Below, in pieces: positions 40,390-49,887 of a stretch of DNA of 64,000 nucleotides. The notes beneath the pieces are model-generated. The model did not search any database, was not told the DNA's origin, and saw nothing but the letters and a program-made list of their open reading frames with translations. The translations under genes and the position numbers were made by a program. This DNA comes from an uncultured delta proteobacterium (GTDB taxonomy: Bacteria > Myxococcota_A > Polyangia > Polyangiales > Polyangiaceae): NCBI GenBank assembly GCA_963782055.1, contig CAWAIF010000003.1, positions 4,768,001-4,832,000 of the forward strand, written 5' to 3'. Position 1 is the first letter of the stretch, and each line of letters opens with the position of its first letter.

Positions 40390-41130
40390 ATGCGGCACAA
40401 CGACGAGGAGCGACCTCCGTCGAGCCTGAGGGGTCGGCTCTGCGACGTGTTCTTCCCCGCCCTGGCCAGCGAGTCGATCGAACCGCTGCTCATGCGGCTC
40501 GGTCCCAAGGCCACCCTCGACGACCCTCTCTTCGGCGCCTGCAGCGGCGTGGACGACCTGCGCGCCCGGCTGAAGCAGTGGGCCACCTGGCTCGGAGAGC
40601 ACGCTGCCACCTTCGAGCGCACGCAGACCACGATCGGAGCCGACCGCGACGTGACGCAGGGACTGATGGAGATGCGCTCGGACGGGGACCACATCACGCT
40701 GCCCGTCGCGGTGCTGATGGAGCGCCTGCGGGAGCGGGAGGTGGTGCTCCGGGTCTACTTCGGCACCAGGCGCCTGGGCACCAGCGCGAAGGGCCCCTCG
40801 CTCCAGCGCGCCGAGACTCCGCCGGTGCTGCCGGACGTCATCGTGGAGCACCTCGACGCCATCGGCGCGGGGACGGTGCAGCGCATCGTCGCCGGCACCG
40901 AGGAGGACGCGGTGCTCCGCGACGCCGCGGGCCAGGAGCACCCGCGCGAGCAGATCGGCGCGCTGCTCGGCGCCGTGGAGCTCGAGCCCGCCGGCGTGGC
41001 GGACGACGGCCGCGTGTGCGCGGTGGAGGCGACAGGCAAGGCGGGAGGCCCGGCGTGGCTGCTCGTCTTCGTGCGCGGAGACAGCGGGCTCGTCCGGGCG
41101 ATCCGCGTCTACTCCGACCTCCCCGGATGA
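40390..41130 (+). CDS. Hypothetical protein, possibly tandem SnoaL/NTF2-like domains
   Basis: Two similar halves (ATLDDP..G; AVLRDAAG) ending in RVYF and RVYSD. Confidence 0.55.
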   Translation: MRHNDEERPPSSLRGRLCDVFFPALASESIEPLLMRLGPKATLDDPLFGACSGVDDLRARLKQWATWLGEHAATFERTQTTIGADRDVTQGLMEMRSDGDHITLPVAVLMERLREREVVLRVYFGTRRLGTSAKGPSLQRAETPPVLPDVIVEHLDAIGAGTVQRIVAGTEEDAVLRDAAGQEHPREQIGALLGAVELEPAGVADDGRVCAVEATGKAGGPAWLLVFVRGDSGLVRAIRVYSDLPG

Positions 41131-41217
41131 GGTATCGTCGAGGGGCTCGGCCGGGGCACACCGGCCGCTCCGCTCGTTCGTTCGCGCGCGGCGCGGGGCG
41201 GCTCGAAAGGTACCAAC

Positions 41218-42141
41218 ATGACTCGCTCGACATGGATCCCCTTCATCGTCGGCCTCGTCGCGGCGGCGTGCGGAGGCTCTGGCAGCACCGACGTGACCCC
41301 CGACCAGGCCTGCACCGACGCCGCGACCACCCTGTGCAACAAGATCGACAGCTGCTCGCCGCTCTTCATCCAGCTCCAGTACGGTGACGCCGCCACGTGC
41401 ATCGCCCGCGCGAAGCTGAGCTGCACGCAGAACCTGGCGACGCCCGGCACCAGTGACACGCCCGCCTTCATCGAGGGCTGCGGCAACGCGTACGGCAGCC
41501 TCTCGTGCGCCGACGTCTTCGGCATCGCGGCCAACCCGCCGGCGGCCTGCCAGGCCGCGCCAGGCACCGTGGCGAACGGGGGCGCCTGCGGCGTCAACGA
41601 CCAGTGCCAGAGCACGGCGTGCAAGATCGACGGGACGACCGGGTGCGGCACATGCGCGGTGCGGGCCAACTCCGGTGAGTCGTGCGCCAACGGCGTCCCG
41701 TGCGCCGTGGGCCTGACGTGCGCCGGCAACCAGACGTGCGTCACGCCGGGCGCGCTGAACGACGCGTGCGACGCGGCGAGCAAGCCGTGCAAGGGCGGGC
41801 TCGTCTGCGACGGCGGCACGTGCAAGACGCCGCAGCCCGCGGGCGCGCCCTGCACCGGCGCCGGCACGGGCAACTGCGACGGCACGCAGGGGCTCTACTG
41901 CAGCAACAGTCAGTGCAAGCAGGCGCTCACCGCGAAGGCCGGCCAGACGTGCGGCATCGACCTGCAGGCGGGGACGTACACCGCGTGCACCGGAGGCTCG
42001 GTGTGCACCTCCAACAACGTGTGCAGCGCGGTCGCGGCCGACGGCGCGGCGTGCGACGACACCAAGGGCCCCACGTGCCTCGCCCCCGCGCGCTGCATGT
42101 CCGGCATCTGCACGGTGGTGAACCCGGCGAGCTGCAAGTAG
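41218..42141 (+). CDS. Cys-rich repeat lipoprotein (copy 1)
   Basis: Lipobox AAAC; repeated G..C.....C..GL.C....C units. Confidence 0.85.
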   Translation: MTRSTWIPFIVGLVAAACGGSGSTDVTPDQACTDAATTLCNKIDSCSPLFIQLQYGDAATCIARAKLSCTQNLATPGTSDTPAFIEGCGNAYGSLSCADVFGIAANPPAACQAAPGTVANGGACGVNDQCQSTACKIDGTTGCGTCAVRANSGESCANGVPCAVGLTCAGNQTCVTPGALNDACDAASKPCKGGLVCDGGTCKTPQPAGAPCTGAGTGNCDGTQGLYCSNSQCKQALTAKAGQTCGIDLQAGTYTACTGGSVCTSNNVCSAVAADGAACDDTKGPTCLAPARCMSGICTVVNPASCK

Positions 42142-42165
42142 GCCTCAGGGCCAAGGAGATCCCCC

Positions 42166-43120
42166 ATGATGCGCGCCACCCTCACTGGACTCGCCCTCGT
42201 CGCCCTGGCCGCGGCGTGCAGCAGCGGCGACAGCACCGGGAACGACGCCGGCGCTTCGGTCACGCCGGACCAGGCGTGCACCGACGCCGCGACCGCGATC
42301 TGCAACAAGCTCTCCTCGTGCTCCCCGCTCTTGATCCAGGGCGTCTACGGGGACGTGGCCACGTGCATCACGCGCACCAAGGTGAGCTGCGGGCACAACC
42401 TCGCCGCGCCGGGCGCCGGCGACACCCCCGACTATGCCGAGGGGTGCGGCAAGGCGTACGCGACGCTCTCCTGCGCCGAGCTGCTGGCCGGGTCGTACGA
42501 CCCGCCCGCGGCGTGCCGCCCGCCGGCGGGGACCGTCGCCAACGGGGGCGCGTGCGGCATCCCCGACCAGTGCCAGAGCGACGGTTGCAAGATCGACGGG
42601 ACCACGGGCTGCGGCACCTGCGTCCCGCGGGCGAAGCCGGGCCAGTCCTGCGCCGGCGGCATCCCGTGCGACTACGGCGCAGTATGCGCCGGCACCGCGG
42701 GCAGCGAGATTCTGCGTGCCCCCCGCGACCTCCGGCGCGGCGTGCGACGCCAACAAGCCCTGTGTCGCCGGCCTGGTGTGCGACGCGGGCAAGTGCGCGA
42801 CGCCGCAGCAGGAGCAGGCGGCCTGCACCGGCCCGGGCGTCGGCAACTGCGACGCCGCGCAGGGGCTCTTCTGCGACGCCGGGGGCAAGTGCCGGAAGGC
42901 GCTCACCGCCGGCGCCGGACAGAAGTGCGGCTACGATCAGCAGTCCGGCGACTTCACCGCGTGCCTCGGCGGCGCCACGTGCGACGCCACCGCCATGACG
43001 TGCACCGCGCCCGCGGCCGACGGCGCGGCGTGCGACCTGACGAAGGGGCCCGGGTGCATGGCCCCGGCGCAGTGCCTCTCCGGCACGTGCACCATCGTCG
43101 ACCCGGCGACCTGCAAGTAG
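42166..43120 (+). CDS. Cys-rich repeat lipoprotein (copy 2, tandem paralog) with a 1-nt insertion at ~42710
   Basis: Colinear with copy 1 (VTPDQACTDAAT..CNK...CKIDGTTGCGTC...P.TCK); the frame switches from ORF 42166 to ORF 42434..43120 at GAGATTCTGC. Confidence 0.8.
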
Positions 43121-43130
43121 CCGATCCCGG

Positions 43131-44630
43131 CTACACGCCGATGAGACGCATCTGTCGCTTGTGGTGCGTGGGGGGGACGAAGGGGATGGCGTACTGCCCG
43201 GAGAAGCACGCGTGGCAATACCCGCAATCCGCGGGATCCCCCGCGGGTCTGCCCGCGACCGCGGCGATCATCCCCTCCAGCGAGAGGTAGCCGAGCGAGT
43301 CGGCTGTGACGTACCGCGCGATCTCGTCGACCGTGTGGCTGGAGGCGATGAGCTCGCGGCGGGTGGGCGTGTCGATGCCGTAGTAGCAGGGCCACTGCGT
43401 GGGCGGGCTGGAGATGCGCAGGTGCACCTCCCGCGCGCCGCAGTCGCGCACCATCTTGACGATCTTGCGGGAGGTGGTGCCGCGGACGATGAAGTCGTCG
43501 ATGACGACCACGCGCTTGCCGCGCAGGACCGGCGCCACGGGGTTGAGCTTCAGGCGCACGCCGAAGTGGCGGATGGACTGTTGCGGCTCGATGAAGGTGC
43601 GCCCCACGTAGTGCGAGCGGATGAGCCCCATCTCGAAGGGGATGCTGAGCGCCTTGGCGTAGCCCACCGCGGCGGGGACGCCGGAGTCGGGGACAGGGAT
43701 GACGACGTCGGCCTCGACCGGCAGCTCGCGCGCCAGCGCCTCGCCCAGCGACTTGCGCACCTCGTACACGCTGCGGCCGCCGATGTGGGAGTCGGGCCTC
43801 GCAAAGTACACGTACTCGAAGATGCACATGTGCGGCGACGCCGTCTCCGGGAGCCGCAGGGAGCGGATGCCGGAGGCGTCGATGATGAGCAGCTCGCCCG
43901 GCTCCACGTCACGCACGTACTCCGCGCCGATGAGGTCGAAGCTCGTCGGCTCGCTCGCGATGACGTGCGCGTCCCGCTGGCCGGGCAGGATGCCGAGGCA
44001 CATGGGGCGGATGCCCATCGGGTCGCGGGCGGCGACGATGGTGTCCTCGGTGAGGAAGAGCAGGGAGTAGGCGCCCTTCACGCGCGCGAGCGCATCGACG
44101 ATGCGGTCCTCGATGGCGACCTGGTGGCTCAGCGCGACGAGGTGGACGAGCACCTCGGTGTCGGAGGAGGACTGGAAGATGGACCCGCGCTCCTCCAGCT
44201 CGTCGCGCAGGGCGTCGGCGTTGGTGAGGTTGCCGTTGTGGCAGACGGCGAGCGACCCGCGCGCGTAGTCCACCGCGAAGGGCTGCGCGTTCTTGATGTG
44301 CGAGCCACCCGCGGTGGAGTAGCGCACGTGGCCGATGGCGATGCGGCCGGGCAGCCGCGCGAGGTGCGACTCGCTGAAGACGTCCTGCACCAGGCCCATG
44401 GCGCGGTGGAGGTAGAGCTGCTGCCCATCGCTCGAGACGATGCCGGCCGACTCCTGCCCGCGGTGCTGCAGGGCGTGCAGGCCGAGGTAGGCGAGGTTGG
44501 AGGCCTCGGTGTGGCCGTAGATGCCGAAGACACCGCACTCGTCATGGAAGTGGTCGTCCTCTTCCTCGTGCCTGAAGGGCGCGCGGGCGGGCGACGGGGA
44601 GTCGTCCAGGACGACGAGATGGCGGCGCAT
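43131..44630 (-). CDS. purF: Amidophosphoribosyltransferase
   Basis: Propeptide then [45 protein letters not shown] and C..C Fe-S ligands. Confidence 0.96.
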   Translation of the reverse strand: MRRHLVVLDDSPSPARAPFRHEEEDDHFHDECGVFGIYGHTEASNLAYLGLHALQHRGQESAGIVSSDGQQLYLHRAMGLVQDVFSESHLARLPGRIAIGHVRYSTAGGSHIKNAQPFAVDYARGSLAVCHNGNLTNADALRDELEERGSIFQSSSDTEVLVHLVALSHQVAIEDRIVDALARVKGAYSLLFLTEDTIVAARDPMGIRPMCLGILPGQRDAHVIASEPTSFDLIGAEYVRDVEPGELLIIDASGIRSLRLPETASPHMCIFEYVYFARPDSHIGGRSVYEVRKSLGEALARELPVEADVVIPVPDSGVPAAVGYAKALSIPFEMGLIRSHYVGRTFIEPQQSIRHFGVRLKLNPVAPVLRGKRVVVIDDFIVRGTTSRKIVKMVRDCGAREVHLRISSPPTQWPCYYGIDTPTRRELIASSHTVDEIARYVTADSLGYLSLEGMIAAVAGRPAGDPADCGYCHACFSGQYAIPFVPPTHHKRQMRLIGV

Positions 44631-44824
44631 CAACGCCGTCGCTTTAGCACGTTCTCCAGGGCGACGGAGCCGACGCCCACCAGGACGCCAATGGACACGG
44701 CCGAGACGTACCCGCCGAAGGCGGAGCCGCAGCAGCCGGCGCAGGCGCCGGGGCACGCCAGCGCGGTGGCGGAGACGCCGAGGCCGGTGGCGAGTGTGGC
44801 GAGGCCGACGAACAGCTTCCTCAT
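44630..44824 (-). CDS. Small (64 aa) membrane protein with a CPGACAGCC motif
   Basis: Signal-like N-terminus, Cys cluster, TM helix and basic tail KRRR; TGATG overlap with the purF start; RBS GGAGGAG upstream. Confidence 0.65.
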   Translation of the reverse strand: MRKLFVGLATLATGLGVSATALACPGACAGCCGSAFGGYVSAVSIGVLVGVGSVALENVLKRRR

Positions 44825-44981
44825 GCGTCCAATCTTGCTCCTCCCCGGGGTACGCGCAAGAGAAGAATTCGCGACCTCCCCCGGCCCTGCGGCCTCGGCC
44901 CGGAGCCGGGGACCGGACGCCGCCGCGGATGCACGGGGCTGGTTTTCGCTGGCTGCACGGCCGACGTCCGGCGGGAGCGGA

Positions 44982-45590
44982 TCATCCCGGTGGCGCCACG
45001 AGCGCATGGCTGCGGTCGAGCTCGCGCCGGCGCTGCTCCTCGCGCGCCTGGGCGCGGCGGGCTCGGTCGAGGTCCCGTCGCACCCAGGCCCCGCACTCGG
45101 TCAGCCGGTCGAGCTCGGCCTGGTCGCCGAACCCGTGCCGGATGCGCATGCAGAGCGCCTCGAGGTGCCTGCGCGCGCTGGCGCACCGCCGCGCATCGGG
45201 CCAGCGCCGCTCACCCGGCGCAAGCGCGCCGTCCAGCGCGAACCCCACGTGCCCCACGAGCACGAGCCCGTAGTACGCCCGCCGGATACGCCGGCGCCCT
45301 TCCGGCGTGAGCGCGACGAGCACCTCGCGCCCGACCCTCCGCCGCGTCACGAGCCCGATCGTCTCGAGCGCCCGCATCATCTCGCTGATCGTCGCCCGCG
45401 CCACCCCGAGCCCTCGGCGCAGATCACTCTGGTAGTGCGCGCACCCGTTCCCGAGCCGGTAGAGCGCGTCGAGCACATCGAACCGAGCCGCCGTCAGCCC
45501 CATCGCCCGAAGCGCCCGCCGAGTGAGCCGGAGCGTCGCGTAGTACGCCCGCTTGATCGTGAAGAACACCGGATCCAGTCCCGCCATCAT
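44982..45590 (-). CDS. MarR-like winged-helix protein with a C-terminal extension
   Basis: GLTAARFDVL...QSDLRRGLGVARATISEMMRALE..GLV.R...V.LT.EG. Confidence 0.7.
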   Translation of the reverse strand: MMAGLDPVFFTIKRAYYATLRLTRRALRAMGLTAARFDVLDALYRLGNGCAHYQSDLRRGLGVARATISEMMRALETIGLVTRRRVGREVLVALTPEGRRRIRRAYYGLVLVGHVGFALDGALAPGERRWPDARRCASARRHLEALCMRIRHGFGDQAELDRLTECGAWVRRDLDRARRAQAREEQRRRELDRSHALVAPPG

Positions 45591-45740
45591 CCCCACCCCC
45601 AAAGCACCCCCCATGCCACCCCCCCCTCCCCACGGATCCCGGCAGAAACGTCGGAGTGAAAGGATCCTTGCACTTTGACGCTGGTGTCCGGGGACGGGGA
45701 GGGGGGACAGGGGGGACAGGGGATGGGGAACGCGCGGGGG
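45591..45740. other. Opposed C-tract and G-tract clusters (G-quadruplex potential on both strands)
   Basis: At least five runs of 4 or more C at 45591-45630 and many runs of 4 or more G at 45690-45740. Confidence 0.45.
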
Positions 45741-45749
45741 CGAATTTTG

Positions 45750-46409
45750 TCACGGCGCCGCTGTGGGGTAGGTCGCGGTGATCTCCAGCTTGTAGCGGGC
45801 GTGGCCGTGGGTGGTGTCGAGGACGGCGCCGGAGAGGTTGTGCTTCACGGCCGTGGCGCACGCCGACACGGCCCGGCTGCCCCGCAGGGTGCGGCCCTCG
45901 TGCGGCAGGGTGAGGAAGATGGGCCGGCGCTTGCGCGCGTAGCTCACGTCGGCGACGTAGACGAGGTCGCCGCCCTCCTGCGCGGACGCCGCGCAGCTCG
46001 TGGCATCCAGGATGGCCTTGGCGAAGGCCTGCTCGAAGCCGGGCAGGTGGTCGCACTCGGAGGGGGGGGTGTGGTGCGGGCCGGGGTCGTGGCACTCCAG
46101 CACCTGGGCCGGGGAGAGCGTCACGCCATTCTTGGAGGCGACGCTGTCCTTGGCCGCGGAGGCGGAGGCGGCATCCGCTTCGGCCTGGGCGAGCGCGGCC
46201 GCGGCGGAGGCCGAGGCGGCAGCGGGGTCTTCGGCCACGGCGCGCGGGCGCCGCCAGAGGTAGAGCGGGATGACGACGAGCACGAGCAGGAGCAGCAGCG
46301 CGGCCACCACCTGCACGCGGCCCGGGCGGTCGACGGAGAGGTCCAGGCCGGGTCGGGAGAGGGGCCGCGGCTCGGACGGCGGGTGCGACGGGTTGGGCGA
46401 GTCGGCCAT
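45750..46409 (-). CDS. Hypothetical bitopic membrane protein
   Basis: Single TM helix, Ala-rich linker, domain with 4 Cys; 9 nt downstream of the kinase. Confidence 0.7.
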   Translation of the reverse strand: MADSPNPSHPPSEPRPLSRPGLDLSVDRPGRVQVVAALLLLLVLVVIPLYLWRRPRAVAEDPAAASASAAAALAQAEADAASASAAKDSVASKNGVTLSPAQVLECHDPGPHHTPPSECDHLPGFEQAFAKAILDATSCAASAQEGGDLVYVADVSYARKRRPIFLTLPHEGRTLRGSRAVSACATAVKHNLSGAVLDTTHGHARYKLEITATYPTAAP

Positions 46410-46418
46410 CGCAGCCGG

Positions 46419-48131
46419 TCAGGGGTCGACGAGCTGCCGCACTGAGGCGGTGGACTCGCAGCGCGCGATGGAAGCCATGAGCTCCAGCCCCTCCGGCAGC
46501 ATGCCCTGCACCTGGCCCACCACCTGCTCGACCAGGTTGCGGGCTTCCTGCGGCCCGGGGCCCACCATCGCCACGGCGAAGCGCAGCGGGCCGGTCTTCC
46601 CCGCGACGACGGCGATGAGCGACAGCAGCAGCATGTCGGTGAGCTCGACGACGCGCGTGGCCGCGCGACGCAGGGCGAGCATCTCCAGGATGGTGGGACA
46701 ATCGGAGACGAGGCGGTTGGGCCCGCGGATCTCGTAGCGGGCGACATGCAGCGGGGAGTCCACCCACTCGGCGAAGCCGGCCTCCTCGTCCAGGGCCTTG
46801 AGGAGCTGCTCGCGGGCGAGCAAACCGGTGAGGCCGTCGCGCTTGCCGAGGTAGCTGCGCGCGCGCTTGTGGTGGGGGCTCTCCCGCGCGAAGGAGACGA
46901 GCTTGAAGCGCAGCTCGCCGAACTGCACCTCGCCGCCGTGCATCACGTTGACCTGCTTGCGGCGCTCGTAGGTGTGCTCGGCGTAGGTGCCGTTGGTGGA
47001 GCCCTGGTCGTCGACGGCCCAGGTGCCGTTCTGCCAGCGCAGCTTGGCGTGCTGACCGCTGACGGTGGCCTCCGGCACCACGATGTCGTTGTCGGCCCGG
47101 CGGCCGACTGTGAACTCCGGCTTGTCCAGGCTGACCAGCTCCCCCACGAACTCCGGCGCGTTGGAGGCGAAGGTGGCCAGGAAGGCCTGCTGCGCCGGCG
47201 AGAACTGCGTCGCGGCGCTGCGGCCGGGCGGCGGCCCGGGGTCCAGCCGCTCGCGCGCGACCTGCACCGGGTTGGTCGTGAGTGTGGTGGGGTTGAAGAA
47301 GCGAAGGTGGCGCGCGGGCAGGCGCTGCTGCGCGTCGTCGGAGAGGCAGCGGAAGACCTGCTTCACCTCGTCGATGCTCAGCCCGGCGGGGACGTCGAAC
47401 ATGATCTGCGCGCGCATGGGCTTGGCGCGCGGCTTGTAGCCCGGCTCCGGGACGCGGCAGGTCCACATCTCCCAGAGGGTGAGGCCCAGCGCGTAGACGT
47501 CGTCCTCCATGGAGGCGCCGCCGGAGCGGATGCGCTCGGGGGCCATGTAGTTGGGGGTGCCGCCGTCGGGCGGGGCGCCGGGGCGGCGGGCGCTGACGCG
47601 GGCGCGCTCCTTGGCGAAGCCGAAGTCCAGCACGACCGCCTTGCCCAGCCCGCCGTCGGGCGTGGAGGTGACCATGACGTTGCCGGGCTTCAGGTCGCCG
47701 TGGACCAGACCCTGCGCGTGGATGGCGGCGACGCCGGCGGCGACCTCGCTCGCCAGGCGGCGGAACTCGTCGGAGGTGTAGCCGCCCTGGGCCTTCTTCC
47801 GGCGGATGTGCGTGTGGAGGGTCTGACCGGTGATGTACTCCATCACCAGGATGGGCCCGTACTTGGAGGGGGCCAGGTCGTGGACGCGGCAGACGTTGGG
47901 GTGGCTGACAGAGCGGGCGTGCAGCAGCTCCTGCCGCAGGGCCTCGTCGTCGCCGGGCATGCGCGACTCCTCCCGCACGATCTTCAGCGCGACCGGCTGC
48001 TGGGTGGCGCGGTCGTACGCGAGGAAGACCTCGCCCATCCCCCCCTTGCCGAGGCTCTGCCGGATCTCGTAGCGATCGTTGATCACCGTGCCCGGTGCGA
48101 TGGCTGCGGTGCTTCGAGAGGGCTCGGACAT
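46419..48131 (-). CDS. Ser/Thr kinase + FHA + degenerate GGDEF-like domain
   Basis: GKGGMG, VALK, HGDLKPGN, DFG, APE; FHA (VGR...VSGQHA...STNGT); DGLTGL without a GGDEF signature. Confidence 0.85.
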   Translation of the reverse strand: MSEPSRSTAAIAPGTVINDRYEIRQSLGKGGMGEVFLAYDRATQQPVALKIVREESRMPGDDEALRQELLHARSVSHPNVCRVHDLAPSKYGPILVMEYITGQTLHTHIRRKKAQGGYTSDEFRRLASEVAAGVAAIHAQGLVHGDLKPGNVMVTSTPDGGLGKAVVLDFGFAKERARVSARRPGAPPDGGTPNYMAPERIRSGGASMEDDVYALGLTLWEMWTCRVPEPGYKPRAKPMRAQIMFDVPAGLSIDEVKQVFRCLSDDAQQRLPARHLRFFNPTTLTTNPVQVARERLDPGPPPGRSAATQFSPAQQAFLATFASNAPEFVGELVSLDKPEFTVGRRADNDIVVPEATVSGQHAKLRWQNGTWAVDDQGSTNGTYAEHTYERRKQVNVMHGGEVQFGELRFKLVSFARESPHHKRARSYLGKRDGLTGLLAREQLLKALDEEAGFAEWVDSPLHVARYEIRGPNRLVSDCPTILEMLALRRAATRVVELTDMLLLSLIAVVAGKTGPLRFAVAMVGPGPQEARNLVEQVVGQVQGMLPEGLELMASIARCESTASVRQLVDP

Positions 48132-48292
48132 CGGCTGGGAAACCTAAGCCACAACGCGGGACGGTGACAACGTGCGATCCCACGCCGGGCGGGCCGCGGG
48201 CTCGGTCAAGCGTCTACGATCCGCGACGCCGACGCAAGGCTTTGCGGCGCGTGCACCCTCACCGGCCGGGGTGGGGTGAGACGGGACCCGTC

Positions 48293-49822
48293 TCAGCCCA
48301 GCTCGACCTTGCTCCACATCTCGCGACGCATGCGCTCCTTGCGGCGGTCGGTCCGGGTGATGATGCGCGCGACGCCCCACGCGCTGAGGAGCTCGCCCTC
48401 CTGCCCCAGGGCGGGCATCGTCGTCTTGCCGACGACGAAGGCGTTGCCCAGCGGGGTGCGGCTCGGCTCGCCGGCGAGGCCGTAGAGGTGCGGCGGGTCC
48501 ACCTCGTACTGCGCGTCCATCGCCTCGGCGTCGATGGAGCCGCCGCCGGCGCGCGTGCGCACACGGTCGACGAGCGTGCAATCCCCGCCGCGGTGATCCC
48601 AGAGCGGCTGGCCGTCGTGGGGGGAGTCGACCACCATCAGGTGGCGCTCCAGGAAGGGGAAGAAGCGCTGGAGCCGGGCGAGCACGCGGGTGCGCTGCTC
48701 GTCGACCGGGGGATCGTCGTCGGAGACCAGGGTCTCGGCCACGAGGAGGGAGGCCCCGAGCGCCGGATCGCCGGCGGGGTGGCGCTGGACGTGGATGGCG
48801 CCGTGGAGGCGGTGCGGGTCAGGCACGATGAAGGACTCGTGGGCGAGCGCGTCGGGGATGCCGTCGTCGCGCGCGACGACGGAGACGACGAACCGGCGCG
48901 CCCGCGGCCGGAGCTCGGGCAGCGCGGCGAGCGACCTGCGAGAGGGCTCGAAGCCATCCGCAAGCTCCACCAGGGACAGCGACGGCAGCGCGGCGATGAC
49001 GAACTGCACGCCGGTGGGATCGACGTCGCCGTCCACGATCGCCCCGCGGACCTTGCCGCCGCGGACCACCAGGCGGTCCACCCGGGCGCTCAGCTCCACC
49101 TCGCCGCCCTGGGCGCGGATGCGGTCGAGGAGGAAGTCGGCGACCTCGTCCTCGCCGCGGGCCAGGCGCGAGACGCCGCGTGTCCACGCGCCGTGCAGGC
49201 GGGCCAGCGCGAAGGGCGGGAGCTCGCCGTAGAGGTCGCTCGACATGCGCGCCGTCACCTCCACCACCGCGCGGTACTCGTGGTCGCGAGGGAACTCCGC
49301 CAGGTAGTCGCGCGCGCCGTCGCGGACGTGGGGGAGCGCGCCGACGATGCGGCCGGTCTCGCGGCGCTCCCAGAAGCCGCCGGGGGGCCAGGTGACGTCG
49401 CGCTCGAAGGCGGCGTCCGCCGCGGCGTTGGTGCGGGCCAGCTCGGCGTAGAGGTCGTCCACCACGCGGCGCACCTCGGGGAACTCCCGATCGATCTCGC
49501 GAGCGAAGAGGGCGGTGTCGGGCGGCAGCTCGATGCGCCGGCCGGGCAGCAGCACCTGGGTCATGGGGTCGAGCGCGGTGATGCGCCGGCGGAAGGTCTG
49601 CGACTGCGCCAGCTCCACCAGGATGCGCGTCCAGGCCGGGGACGCCGCGCCCAGCAGGGTGAACGCGCGCCGGGCGAGCGTCAGACCTTCGAAGGAGTAA
49701 AAGCAGGGCTTCTGCCCCTGCCCCACCACGAGCACCCGCCACGAGCGCCGCGACAGGAGCGCGGCGGTGGCCAGCGCCCCGACGCTCGTCCCGAGGACGA
49801 CGGCGTCGTAGTGCTTCGACAT
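48293..49822 (-). CDS. Phytoene desaturase-like FAD-dependent oxidoreductase
   Basis: N-terminal Rossmann-like YDAVVLGTSVGAL..AALL, IRAQGGEV, RTPLGNAFVVG. Confidence 0.7.
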   Translation of the reverse strand: MSKHYDAVVLGTSVGALATAALLSRRSWRVLVVGQGQKPCFYSFEGLTLARRAFTLLGAASPAWTRILVELAQSQTFRRRITALDPMTQVLLPGRRIELPPDTALFAREIDREFPEVRRVVDDLYAELARTNAAADAAFERDVTWPPGGFWERRETGRIVGALPHVRDGARDYLAEFPRDHEYRAVVEVTARMSSDLYGELPPFALARLHGAWTRGVSRLARGEDEVADFLLDRIRAQGGEVELSARVDRLVVRGGKVRGAIVDGDVDPTGVQFVIAALPSLSLVELADGFEPSRRSLAALPELRPRARRFVVSVVARDDGIPDALAHESFIVPDPHRLHGAIHVQRHPAGDPALGASLLVAETLVSDDDPPVDEQRTRVLARLQRFFPFLERHLMVVDSPHDGQPLWDHRGGDCTLVDRVRTRAGGGSIDAEAMDAQYEVDPPHLYGLAGEPSRTPLGNAFVVGKTTMPALGQEGELLSAWGVARIITRTDRRKERMRREMWSKVELG

Positions 49823-49887
49823 ACGCCGTCAGTTAGCACACTCATGCCCGGGCGAGGCCCCTCAGGCCACGACGCCCGACGCGCCTC

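Noticed and set aside
42166..43290. Second Cys-rich paralog as a true pseudogene or a protein with a novel C-terminus
   Set aside because: Both halves are intact and colinear with the paralog; one extra base explains the shift, most likely a sequencing error
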